64,000 bases of DNA from Camelus dromedarius. Lineage: Eukaryota. Below, one piece after another: positions 37,201-49,639 of this stretch (position 1 is the first letter of the stretch; the number at the start of each line of letters is the position of its first letter). Location of the stretch: contig NC_087436.1 in the NCBI RefSeq assembly GCF_036321535.1, forward strand, positions 75,208,001 to 75,272,000, given 5' to 3'. The notes beneath the pieces are model-generated. The model made no database searches, was not told the DNA's origin, and worked only from the letters and a program-made list of their open reading frames with translations. The translations under genes and the position numbers were made by a program.

Positions 37201-39260
37201 GTATCATATTCCTACCAGCAGCGTGTGAGCATTCCAGTTTCTCCACATCATTACCAGCACTTGTCATTAATCTGTCTTTTGGATTATAGCCATCCTAGTG
37301 GATGTGAATTGGTATCTTACTATGGTTTTGATTTGCATTTCCCTGATGGCTAAAGATGTGCTTTTTCTCCTCAGCTAGAGTTTTGCTAGAATCTGTGGTG
37401 GTTGTGGAATCTAGAGGTTGTGTTGAATTTGTAGATCAATTTGAAGAGTATTTCTATCTCAATAATATTAAGTTTTTCTGTTTATGAATACAGAATGCAT
37501 TTCCATTTATTTAGGTCTTTATTTTCTTCAGTGATATGTTGTAGTTTTTGCTGCACAAGACTTGCACTTCTGTCAAATTTATTCGTAAGTATTTTCTTTT
37601 TGATGTTCTTATGAATGGAATCATTTTTTCAATTTCACTTTTGGATTATTCATTGGTATTGTATAGACCTACAATTGACTTTTGTATTTGTGTATTGCTC
37701 TTGTATTCAGTAACCTTGTTGAACTCAATATTACTCTTAATTGTATGTGTGTGTGTGTGTGCGTGTGTGTGTATTCCTTAGGATTTTCTTTATTCAGGAT
37801 CATTCTATATGTCATCTGTGAATAGACATAATTTTGCTTTTTTTTTTGCAATATAGATGCTTTTTATTTCATTTTTTTCCTCTAATCTGTCTGACTAGAA
37901 ACTACAGTACAGTGTTGAATAGAAATGCCAAGAGGGGACATCCTTGCCTTGTTTCTGATATTAGGAGAAAGGCACTCAATTTTTCGTCATTAAGTATGAT
38001 TAGCTGAGTGTTTTTGTAGATGCCCTTTATTAAATGTTGAGGAAGTTTCCTTCTATTCTTAGTTTCTTGAGTATTTTTATTATGAACTAATGTTGAAAAT
38101 TTGTAAAGGCTTGTTCTGCATCTATTGTGATGATTCTGTGGGAATTGTCCTTTATTCTATTGACATGCCATATTCATTGGTTTTTGGATGTTAAGTCAAC
38201 CTTGCATTTTTGAGATAAATCCCTCTTGATTATGTTGTATAATCCTGTTTATTTATGTATTGCTGGATTCAGTTTGCTAGTATTTTGTTGAGCAATTTTG
38301 CTTCTATATTCAGAGGAAATACTGGTATGTAGTTTTCTTTCTTGTGAAATCTTTGAGTGGTTTTGGTATTGGGGTAATACTGGCCTCTTAGGATGAGTTG
38401 GGAAATGCTCTGTCTTCTATTTTTATGACAGTTTGTGACAAGTTATTGTTTAAAAAAATACTCGGTTGAATTAACCAGTGAAGCCATCTAGGTCTGAGCT
38501 TTTCTTCTAGGTAATTTTTTATTTCTAATTTAATATCTTTATTTGTTCTAGGTCTATTTGGATTTTCTTTTACTTCTTAAGTTAGTTTGGTAGTTTGTGC
38601 CTTTTGAGGAATTTGTCCATTTCATCTAAGTTACCTAATTTGTTGCCATACACTTGTTCATAGTATTCCCTTATTATCCTTTTCTGTATGGTCAATAGTG
38701 ATGTGTTTAAAGTTTGTCAGTTTTATTGATTTTTTCAAAGAACCAAGGTTTGGTTTCATTAGTTGTCTCTGTTATTTTTCTATTCTCTATTTGATTTATT
38801 ACTACTCTAATCTATTATGTCCCTCCTTCTGCTTGCTATAGGTTTAATTTACTCTTGTTTTTCTAATGTCTTAAGGTGGTAGTTTAGGTTACTGATTTGA
38901 TATCCTTTTTCTTTTTTAATGTAGGCATTTAAACTTTCACTTCAGCTGTATACCATAGGTTTTAGTATGTTGTGTTTTCATTTTCATTCATCTCAAAGTA
39001 TTTTCTTCTTTGACCCATTGGTTATTTAGTAGTGTGTTATTTAATTTCTATATCTTTGTTAGTTTCCTAAATTTTCTTGTTATTAATTTTTAATTTCAAT
39101 TGTGGTAGTTGGAGAACGCAGTTGGTATGATTTCAATCCTTTTAAATTTATTGAGGTTTGTCATATGGTCTGTCCTAGAGAGTGCTGTACGTGTACTTGC
39201 TGAGTAGAGAGTTCTGTGTCTTTTAGTTCTAACTGGTTTAAGGTTGTTAAAATGTGCTAC
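34230..39260 (-). mobile_element. Cluster of antisense L1 segments (3' UTR and ORF2), with a nested L1MB-like 3' end at ~36585-37355
   Basis: Continuous antisense ORF2 signatures (ttttagaatcaacttgtcaatttctacaaa; ggtatcagggtaatg; tgttgaatagaaatgccaagaggggacatccttgccttg). Nested tail cagctttattaagatataattcacat...cccccagccctaggcaaccactaa. Confidence 0.92.
37746..37772. repeat. (TG)n microsatellite, interrupted
   Basis: tgtgtgtgtgtgtgtgcgtgtgtgtgt. Confidence 0.9.
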
Positions 39261-40679
39261 CTTTTTATTAGGTAATATCTTTTTTCCCCCTCCAGCTCCT
39301 CCTCCCCCTTCCTTCCCCTCTCCATTCTCCCTTTCCCTCCTCCTGTTCTTTTGTTTTTGTGTGTGTGAATGACAGTCTTCATTATTCTTCTAACCTCGTT
39401 TTCCCTCTGGCTCCTTCTTTTTTTATTGAGGGAATTTGTATTGCATTATGATTTTTAGGACTACTTGGGCTGAGTTATGGAAGAACTGATTGTATGCTTA
39501 AAATGGGCACTTTATTAAAATATACCTCAGTAAAGTTGATTAAAAAAGAAATTAATGATTCTGGGTAGAAGTTATTTAAGATTATAAATTATAGTTTCTT
39601 AGAGTAACAGATTATTGAACAGAAAGATTTTGAAAACTTACTCTCTTATACGAGATTTTTAAAAGTCTATCACACCCTTTTCTGATGGGTATTTAAATCT
39701 ATTTTTCTACTTCCATGTAAATGGAAGTCTTGTCATATAAATCCAGTTTTTACCCACAAAGTTTGGATTATTTTTTACTCTTAAATTGTTTAGTAAAATG
39801 CTCTGCCTTTATTATTATTAAATTTTAAAAAACTTACTGATGATTGGCAGTATCTGACCTTAAAATTCTAGCCATCAACCACGTCATGCTAAGAGAGTGT
39901 ATTTGCCAGCAATTGCTCTTTAATCCAAAATACAATGTTCCCTTTATGTTCATTTTAAAAGAAAGGGTTGATTTCAACTTTTACTCTTCTCCCAATATTG
40001 CCTGCAAAGTAGAAAGTAATTTTGCATTGATTAAAAGCCTAAATTAACCATTAAAAAAAGCAGGTGGACTTGTCAAGTCATCTCAATGGATTCATTGAGA
40101 ATTCAAAGAAATAATAAATCAGAGCCTTCATTACATGTCTTTAGCTTGGAAAAAATCCATTTACAAGAGAAAGCTACTCATTTAACAAATATGTGTTCCC
40201 ATGGGAAAATGATGTTTGAGTATACCAATGATAACCCTCAACATTCTAAAAGAATAAAATGCAATAGAGTGAAACCCTTTGAGTGCTTACTAAAAGTAAA
40301 GCATGTTGTGAATTTTGTTTAACAATAGTTTATAATTTTGAAGGCACTTTTTTGAGACTTAATAGCCAAGTTTTATTATTAAGGTCAATAAACATCATTG
40401 AGCTTCTAGTTGTGAGAACTAAAATGGTAGGGGTGAGTGAATAATGCTGTCATTGTTTTTCCAGATGTTTATTTTAATAGATCTGTCTTGGATGATTAAT
40501 TCTAGGTGATATTGATAAGCTCCTGATTTGGTGATAGCTTGAAATAGTGATATATGTAAAAATGAATGAATATTCTCTAAAAACACACATCTTGTCAAAA
40601 GAGTGAGCTGATTTTGTTAATAAATTTTATCTTAAACATATAGTCTAGATGTAAGTTAGGGAACCTTCACTCTGTTGTT

Positions 40680-41320
40680 TTGTCATCAGATGCTGTTCTT
40701 CCTTTATAGTGCTTATTACAATTTGTGTGTTCATTTATTTAATATCTGTGTCCCATATGTGACTCTCATGTAGATATTTTTACCACTATATATCCAGTTC
40801 CTAGAACCATGCCTGGTGTGTACTATACCCTCTGAAAAAACCTGTAGTATGTACTCTTAAAAAAATTGAATGGTCAAATAAAATGTCAAGAGACCTATCT
40901 TGAAATCTAGTCTTAACTCCATTCTGACTTAAGAAATAACTTGAGCAAGCCACTTACCATCTTCCTGCCTTTTTTCCCTTCTGTAGTTTAGTGACAATGA
41001 TACTTGCTTATAATACATTACATCTCTATAATATTCAAGACATTTTCACAACAGTTACTGAATGATTACTGTGTGCCAGGTACACTTCTAGGTATTACAG
41101 ATACAGCAGTGAACCCCAAAAGACAGAAATCTGTGACTTCATTGAGCTTATATCCTACTGAAATCTGTTTTGTTTTGGTCCTCACAATACTCCTGTGAAG
41201 TGGGTAGGACTGATAGATACTCTTAATTTACTAATGTGGAAATAGAGACTTGAAGCTAAGTATTTACTCCAGATAAATCAGCTAGTGAGTCCAAGAACCA
41301 GATATTTTATGTCTAGTGCT
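40680..41320. mobile_element. L2 and MIR fragments in both orientations
   Basis: L2 +: ttcctagaaccatgcctggtg. MIR +: aacttgagcaagccacttacc. L2 -: actgtgtgccaggtacacttctagg. MIR -: cctcacaatactcctgtgaagtggg. Confidence 0.7.
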
Positions 41321-42589
41321 TTTCCTTCCTCCCCGAACTCCTCAGCTATCATGTAGGAATTTTTTGAGGAAAAGTAAGATCCGATTTATTCAACATCTTC
41401 TGTAAATATACTGCATAAATACAAAATGATGGCATGATTCAGGTTTTAAAATGACTTTAAAAACTATGGCATTTCAAGACACCTTAAATCCAAAGGAAAT
41501 GTAAAATTTAAGCCTGAACTTTGTTTTGATACGGCCTGTTGTTATTTTTGTAACACCTCTTGTACCTATACCCTTGGCTGTCAGTGCTGGGGCTTCCTGT
41601 TGTTAAGTGATCTTATACTGTACATTAGCATGGAAATCTGGACAGTGCCCATAGTGGATAACATATTAGTTGCTAAGCAAGGGAAACTATTATGCCATCT
41701 GCTGCCTCTTATAAGGTGTGTTATTACCCAACTCATTTTCTGAATCAGCATACCAAAGGCACCATAAGTAATGTAAGCTATAGTGGCTTGCACATTTTTT
41801 AACTAAATAAGCAGTTTAAGGAAAAAACAACTGTGCCTCTTCTCAATTTTAATGGCTGCCATGGAAAATTATTTCTATCCTTCAAACTTTGTTTTTATGG
41901 GATAATCTTTTATTAGACCATCAGATAGCCCATATTCAACTTAAAGAAGTTTTCTTTGTAATGAATTTGTAACAGTTTTTTAGCATTGATAGTAAGCTAC
42001 TAATGGAAAATCTGGTATTTATTTTAATTTAAGCACTTTAAATTCTAAAAAGCATGAAATGTCCCCAAATATGCTGAGGCTTGCATAGAGGAACCTAGAA
42101 AAATACATCTATTTGACAGAAATGACAAAGTAATTTCTTTATAAATATGCTCTAAAAGCCATACATTTGCTATAATTTTGTTTGACCTTTTATCCTACTA
42201 AAGGATTAGATTTCAGTAGAAAAACACTTTTCAAAGTGTGTTCCTTGAGTGTGTTTCTTAAAATACTAACAAATATCTGTGGGAGAAAAGGAAGATTTCT
42301 GTAGTCAAGTATGATGAACATGCTAGCTGAAAGAGCCTTCTTCATGAGCAGATGTCTCAGAGCCTTTAATATGGTAATATGTTGCTGTGTATTATCACCT
42401 TTAGTGGGCAATGTTTTTCCCAGCATTTTGCCACAGAATTTTTTTTTTCCTTAGGAGTATCTTACGGAATTAATGTTCTGCAAAACATAGTTTGGGAAAC
42501 ACTGCCTTAGAAAATATGTTGGTATTTGCATGATAGCCTATGAAGTCTGTATTTGTTACAGGTTGCTCCTCAGTCCTCTTTTTCCTCTG

Positions 42590-43985
42590 GGCATTCTCAG
42601 TTGTACCCAGTGCTTTAAACACAACATGTAGTCTGACGATCGTCAAATGTGTAAATTCACCAGCTCTGTCTCCTGAACTCCACATTCGTATATACATCTG
42701 GCTAGCCAACTTTTCCAGCTGGGTGTTGAGGCTTTCAAATTCAGTTATCCAAAATTGGACTATTCTTACATGTGCTCCTCTCCTATCTCTTTGAGGATCA
42801 CTAGCATGCATTCAATTCCCAAGGTAGATACATGGGAGCCATCCTTAACTCTTGCCACTCATTGTCCTTTCTCATCCAACCATCAGCATGACCTAATGAT
42901 CCTAAACTTTATATCTCTTCTATAAGCTCACTCAGATTATATCTAAGTTAGTTTAAGCTTTCATCATTTTACAAAGATTGCTGAAGGAATCCTTTAACTC
43001 AGCATTATTGAATAGAAATACAGTGTAAGCCACAAACCCAAGTCACATACATGTTTTTAAATTTTTTAATAGCCACATTAAAAACCGTAAGACAAAACAG
43101 GAGAAATTAATTCTTATAATTTATTTTATTTAGCCCAATATATCCAAAATATTATTTCAACATGTAATCACTATAAAATTATTGGTGTATATATATATAT
43201 ACACACCAATAATTTATATATATATATATATATGTATGTGTATATATATGTGTGTGTGTGTTTATATATATAAATTATTGACATATTTTACAGTATTTTT
43301 GCCCGCCTGGTGGAGTCCAGTGTTTTACACTTGCAGCCATCTCAGTTTGTCCTAGCCATATCTGAAGAGCTCAATAGCTACCTAGTGATGGCTATAATAA
43401 TAGGACAGTACAGATTTAAGTAGTTTCACTTTCTGCAGCTTCTCCTGTTCCTACCTGTTCTTCCCAGTGTATCTGTATCAATTTTATTATTTCATTGTTT
43501 AAGATGTTTGGTTGGTTCCATGTTGCCTCAGCCTTCAAGATCCATGATAATCTGTACCTAACTCTCTAGCCTCGTCTCACTTAACCCCACCCTCAGTTCC
43601 ATACATAATGATATTTGTGGTGGTTTCCCGAAGATATCATGCTTTTTCTCCTCTAGCCTTTGTGCATGTGACTCCTATTTGGAATAATTCTTCCCAACCG
43701 CTTTGCCAGGTAATCTGTTCAGGTCTCAAACTAGATTTCACTTCTTTCAGGAAATCTTCCCTGAATGCAAAAGTCTGAACTAGGTGCTACACCTGTGAAC
43801 TTTCACTGTACCATCTGCTTACCTAATATTAGTACTTATTGCATGTATTTTATTGTACTGCAATAACTCAACTCTAAGAGCTCAGGACTGTGTCTGTTCT
43901 TAATTCCATGATTTAACTAACTAGAGTGGAAGCTCCTTGAAGACCTGCTGTGTGGTCACTAAGTGATTTTTAAATGAAGGAATGG
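42590..43985 (+). mobile_element. L2 LINE interrupted by MER33
   Basis: tctcctgaactccacattcgtatatacatctgg...; ctctagcctttgtgcatg...caggaaatcttccctga...tttttaaatgaaggaat. Confidence 0.8.
43000..43413. mobile_element. MER33-like hAT-Charlie transposon with an internal TA/TG microsatellite
   Basis: cagcattattgaatagaaatacagtgtaagccaca...atagccacattaaaa...tttagcccaatatatccaaaatatt...ctcaatagctac...taggacagtacag. Confidence 0.85.
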
Positions 43986-44219
43986 GAGAGGTAGAATAAT
44001 GTAACAGTCAAAAGACCTTTGCCCCATTTCCTGTGGTGACATCATCAGTCCCTAAATCCCCACACCTGGAAGTATATTCATTCAGCAAGTATTTATTATT
44101 GTATGTGAGGCACTGGGCTAGGTATTTCCTTGCACGGTGGGAAATAGCCTGACTTATTGATCAAAAGTAATGTATGTTCTATTTGTGTTACCTTACAGTA
44201 TAGTACCCTAAATTACCAT

Positions 44220-44655
44220 GTATTGAAAAAGTATCGTCAGTTAAAATTCTGTGACTACAAGAAACAGACCCAATTCTTTTTTAACAACAAAAGGTGATTT
44301 ATGGGAAGGACACTGGAAGTAGGCCACAGAATAGAAGTACCAGACAACTAAACTTTAGGAAGCTTTGGAAAGGTCAAGAATCAAAATAACCAGATTTCTC
44401 AGCCTTAGAAGTTCACAGATATGGCTATCAAGTATGTTTCCATCAGCTGACTCAGGTAGGTCCTAGAGGTCTCTGCTTAAGAGTCAAATTCTTGGAAGAG
44501 AAAAACTGGCCCACAAGATAAAAAGAGAAAAAAAAAAAGAAAACAAAACTGGCCTAGGATCACATATCTGCCTCTTAGGTCAAGGTCAGGGAGTAATTCT
44601 AGAAGAAGGAGGGGGAGTAGGAAAGCACTCCAGGAGGACAAAAACAGTACCTGCA
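44220..44655. mobile_element. MaLR LTR (MLT1-type)
   Basis: gtcagttaaaattctgtgactacaagaaacagacccaattc...ctgcttaagagtcaaattcttggaagaga. Confidence 0.6.
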
Positions 44656-44819
44656 GCAGCTACGAAAATGCCTCTCAGGGACGAAGGCTCTGGGGAAGGC
44701 ATCTGAAGGGCTTAGCCAGCTTCTTAATGGTTATTATTTTAATCAACTATTTATCATGTAGATCCAATAATCCAAGTAAGAGTTCAGTCTTTGTAGCGGA
44801 TTCATCCGTTTATGACTTG

Positions 44820-45500
44820 CATTTATTCTTTATTCAGACATAGAGGACCTATGCCAGATACTGATTGCTAAGCAGCAGGGTTATAAAGGTGAATTAAACA
44901 TAGTTCCTGCCTTCAAAAAACTTGGTCTTGTATGAAAATAGTCATATATGGATAATATGGAAAAATTGGAATAAGCTTCATAGAAGAGGTTGGGCTAGGA
45001 TGAACATTAATTTACCCATTGGATAAGCAGTGGGGAAGAGTTCTAGAATTCCAACAGAGGGAATAGCAGATGAGCAGTTACCAAAACAAAAGAGGTACAT
45101 ATGTTTAAGAACTACATGTAATTCAGAATTTCGAGAATGTGGTGAGTTCTTATGTGTGTGTTGGGAGAGGTGTGGCAGAGGGAATGGTTAGTGATGAAAC
45201 TGGATGGGCAGGCAGGAAGGAGATCATTACGCACTTGCAAACTAGGATCAGGGATTTAAATTTCATCTTGTGTACAACGGAGCTTCATGAGAGGAGTCCT
45301 GGGGAAGGAACTGTGGTGATCAGATTTCCATATTAAAATGAGCATCTGATAGCTATGTAATGAAAAGGTTGAAAGAAATTAAAGTCAGAGAAACTTGCTA
45401 AGTATTATATGGTAAAATTAAGGAGAAAGGTGGTAAGGCTTGAACATGGGCAGTGACAATTAGGGAAGGAGAGAAGGCAGTAGATAAAGAACATATTTAG
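44820..45500 (-). mobile_element. L2 LINE
   Basis: acctatgccagatactg...catagttcctgccttcaa...attccaacagagggaatagcagatgagc...gtgatcagattt. Confidence 0.75.
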
Positions 45501-45554
45501 GACATACTATAAAAACCTCTTATGATGTACGATTTTTCCTTAATTTTATTTTTT

Positions 45555-46035
45555 TGGTGTCAGTAACAGAGAATTGAATTCAAATAATAAAGGAATTCAT
45601 TGGCTCACATACCTGGAAAATTCAGAGTAGGGCAGGTTTTAGGCTTGGCAGTGTCATTTTAAAAGTTTATGATCATCTTGTAATTCTGCTTTCCATAGTG
45701 TCAGATTATTTCAAGTTTGGTTTTCTTCCGGGTGACAAAATGACTGTAACAGGACTTAGCTCAGAAGAACACAAGATCCAGAAAGAGAAAGTGTGCTGGT
45801 GGCCTTTTGGAGGCTTTCTCAGAAGAGAGAGAAAGCCAAGTTATCACAGCCCATCCATGACCTAATCCTCATGGACAGGAAAATTTCATATTTTCCTAAA
45901 CTAGTTTATCTGAACTTTGGCAAAGAGGATGAGTCTAGATCTGGGAATAGAGTCAGCTACCCACAAGCATAAGACCCTCAGGAATGGGGTGGACCCCACA
46001 CTGCAAGCTTAGACAGGAGGAGATGAGTGCTGAGT
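45555..46035. mobile_element. MaLR LTR (MLT1-type)
   Basis: agtaacagagaattgaattcaaataataaaggaattcattggctcacatacctggaaaattcag...gacaaaatgactg. Confidence 0.6.
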
Positions 46036-49004
46036 AAGTCTACTCAGGAGAATGTCTACTCCTCCCCAAATATTGATAAAGGGATGCAGGATGGAGGGAA
46101 GGATTCTATATTTTTTTCTATTTTCTTCCATTCTCTCTTTCTTCCTACCTTTCTTTCTTTCATTGGAAATAATTAAGCATGTTTATTGGTTCATGTTTTC
46201 ATTTGGATCTCACTGACAAGCATCAGGCTGAAGTGATACTGGCTATGTAGTTGAAGGAGCAAGGAAAAAAGGAAATGGGAGCAGCTGGTGAGTTAGCTAG
46301 AGATAGGAATTCACTATAAGTCCTTTTTTAAAACTCTTTTTCTCCCCAGCATCCAAGATTTGGGGAGTGCTTTTTTGTCTGTTTGTGTGTTTGAGATATT
46401 GAAATTACATGACTATACTGTAGGTCTGTTATGAAGTCAGAGCTCAACAATATAGGGAATGCATTCCTTTCCTTTCTACTAAGATTGCAAAGTGATACAG
46501 CAGGAACTTGTAAGCACACACTCAGATTTTACTTTGCAAGATAATGCTGAGGCAAGAATTTAGTTTTCTTGGATGGACCTCCAACCAACATGAAGTGAAT
46601 GGCTCCATGAGATAGGGCTGAACTCTTGAGTCATAGTGCACGAAGTCCTAGCCATCAATGCATGAGACACAGTAACTCTTTGATTAAGCATGATAAGAAC
46701 CATTCCTTTGAAGAAGTAAAGCGTCAGCTTATCTTTGAAACTCTCAAACCAGTATTGTGACAGCTGATTCAGATGGCTAGGTGATCCCAAATTGCTGAGC
46801 CTTGTTTCTTCAACCAAAGATAGCATCAGAAATGAAGATGAATAAACATTGATCTATAACGTAAAATAGATGAGCCAGCCAGAGCAGACTGCCTTCTCTC
46901 TGGCGGGAGTGCTGCTCTCGCTGTGGTCCTGCTTTATAAGCTAGTCTTCTTGACAGCAGCCATCAAGTGAGAGTATGATGCAAAAGCGTGTATGGATCCT
47001 GCCAGCATCTATTGACCTAACACAATTCATTTTTCATCACTCACTTCCTGAGAAACAGAAACAAAGTCGGAATGATTGAGTGCCTTGAAAGAGTCAGTGT
47101 TTCCAGCTCTGGAAATACCCACTGCTTTGCTTCCCCATTTATTTCTCATCAGCAGATTTGCTTCAGCCGTTGTCTAGCAGTAGGGAGACCATTATTGCAT
47201 GAAAATGTTCCATGACAGTGACATTCATTCAATTTTCTAAAGCTAAGCATGGACCCTGGACTTTCTGGACCCCTCTAAAAATATAACACAAGCAGCTTAC
47301 ATTTGAATAGCGACTAGACAGTTAAATTTGGAAAACTCAGGCTTATTCATGTTTAGTGGCAGCAATAGCTTATTTTCCATTCTTCAGGTAAAAAGCCTTG
47401 GAAGTGTCAAAGTTAGTTAAAATTCTATAATAATTTCCAAACTTTTAAAATATTATTGTCTATGCTTCGGTTTTATCTTCTATCAATCCCTTTCATTAGA
47501 ACCACTATGGTTGTTTGACCTCACCTTTCTACTGCTCTACAAGCCCTGTTGAAAGTGGTAAATAGCAAATGGGGAAGGCCAAGCAATGTGAAGGAGAGAA
47601 TAGGAGAGAGGACAAGTGTCTAGATAATCATAAACTCTAGTCTATCACTGAATTAGCTAGAGTTAACTATTTCCCTAAGGCATTTGTAATTGCAAACAGA
47701 TCTGCCCATTTCAATCTGTATTTCTCGGACCAGCATCTTGTATGATGTGGCATTATCCTGTTATGTGAATAAAGGCCGTGATTTTAATTATATGGAAATT
47801 GATGTTTATTGTGAGCTTTTATGAAGAGTATTACATTGAAAAAAGATCCAAAGAGTAGTTATTCATCTTTACAGGCCTTAATTTGGGCGTAAATATATCT
47901 GATCTCCAGGGTCAGTAGTGAGAATGAATTAGTGCACTACATCCACATTTATATATATATTTTTTGGTTATCATATTCCTGATGCATTTGTAATTTTTGC
48001 CTACCAACAAATGTTGATGTCAAGGCTTTGTTTAGCTTACTTCCTTCTCAATATATTGCTGCTTCTACTGCTCCCTAAGTATACTTGGACACATCAGAGT
48101 TTTTGCTTCTATGACTAGACTTTGATTCCTCAAGTCAGAAATCCTGTTTTAATCCGCTTTGCAAATCCCCCCAAAAAGCTCAGTGCCTGACCCATAGGAG
48201 GTATTAAAATAAAAGTTGAAGGAAACGAATCTAGCTCACCTAGATGATTTGGGACGAGTGAAATAATCTGTTTGTCTGCATGGCCTTATCTGAAAGAGGG
48301 AAGTAGTTTGATTTGCATCACAGGTGTATGTGTTTTGAGGATCCATGTATGGTGGTAGGAGAGTAATCACTCAGAAGACAATTGTACAGAATTCAAGGGG
48401 AGAAAAATCACCCTCTGATTCTCTGCTGTGATGTGTCTGCATGAAATCCAACTCTCCTTCTTTTGCTGATGTTGCAAGTACTTGAGCAGTTTGCTGTTCT
48501 CACCTATTCCTGATAGACTGTTAATGCTTTACAGATTTTTCATTGCCATTGAATAGCTGCTCTTCAGATTTAGTATAACCTCAGAATTTAATTAGGAATC
48601 AGAGCAAAGGTCAACTGGTGTCTCACTGTATGGGCTGAGAGAGGGGGGTCGAAGATGATTACCTTTTTGCCTGATGCCCATTACTTATTTAAAAGGAGAA
48701 CTTGGAAGCCAGCAGTGTTGCGAGGCCTGGTGTGTTTATCCATCTGCTATCCCTGAGAGCTGAAGCTACTTCATCAACTTTCATTAATATGCTTCAGCAG
48801 GTGCAGGTCTTTAGAAATCAGTTTAAATAAATTAGAATCTTTACTTACCTGGGAATTCCTAGAATGCCCTCTTCAACTTTACTTCCTGCCCATGGTCAGG
48901 ATCCTGAGGGGACTGGACAGTCCTCTGTGACTCTGTTCACTCCTGTTCAGATTTGGAGTCTTCATTTAAAGAGTCTCAGCCTGTCCTAAATATGCTTTTA
49001 GCCC

Positions 49005-49425
49005 TTGACTCAGTAATTCCCCTTCTGGAAATTTAATGGAATGAAGTTGTCAGAGACCCCTTCAGATATTTATATATACATCATTTGTTTTAACATATTT
49101 GCAATATCAAAAACTTGGAAATAATCAAAATGCTTAAGCAAGAAATTGATTAAATAATGATGCAATCACACAGTGGAATCCAGTGAAGCTACTGAAAATT
49201 ATTTCTTTACCATGATGGGGAAGTGCCCATTTTATGATATGAAGTGAAAAAAAGCAGAACACAAATATAGATATACATAATATATTGTAATTTTGTAAAA
49301 CATACTATACATACATATATAATTTTGGAAAATGCATTTAAATTTGTTAGTGGGATTAGAGAAGTTTGCAAATATTTTTCCCATTTAAGCCTTTCTGTAT
49401 TTTCCAGATTTTCTATAACAGTATC
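49005..49425 (+). mobile_element. L1ME-type 3' fragment
   Basis: ttgactcagtaattccccttctggaaattta...aaaaacttggaaataatcaaaatgc...aagtgaaaaaaagcag. Confidence 0.75.
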
Positions 49426-49439
49426 AAGAGTTAATTTTC

Positions 49440-49639
49440 TTTCTTTCTTTTTTAATTGAAGTACAGTCAGTTACAGTGTGTCAATTTCTGGTGTACAGCA
49501 CAGTATCCCAGTCATGCATACACATACCTATATTCCTTTTCATATTCTTTTTCATTAAAGGTTATTGCAAGATATTGAATATAGTTCCCTGTGCTATACA
49601 GAAGAGACTTGTTTTTTTAAACCTATTTTTATATATAAG
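49440..49639 (-). mobile_element. Young short L1 3'-tail insertion with a perfect 14-bp TSD
   Basis: ttgaagtacagtcagttacagtgtgtcaatttctggtgtacagcac... TSD AAGAGTTAATTTTC at 49426-49439 and 49640-49653. Confidence 0.92.
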
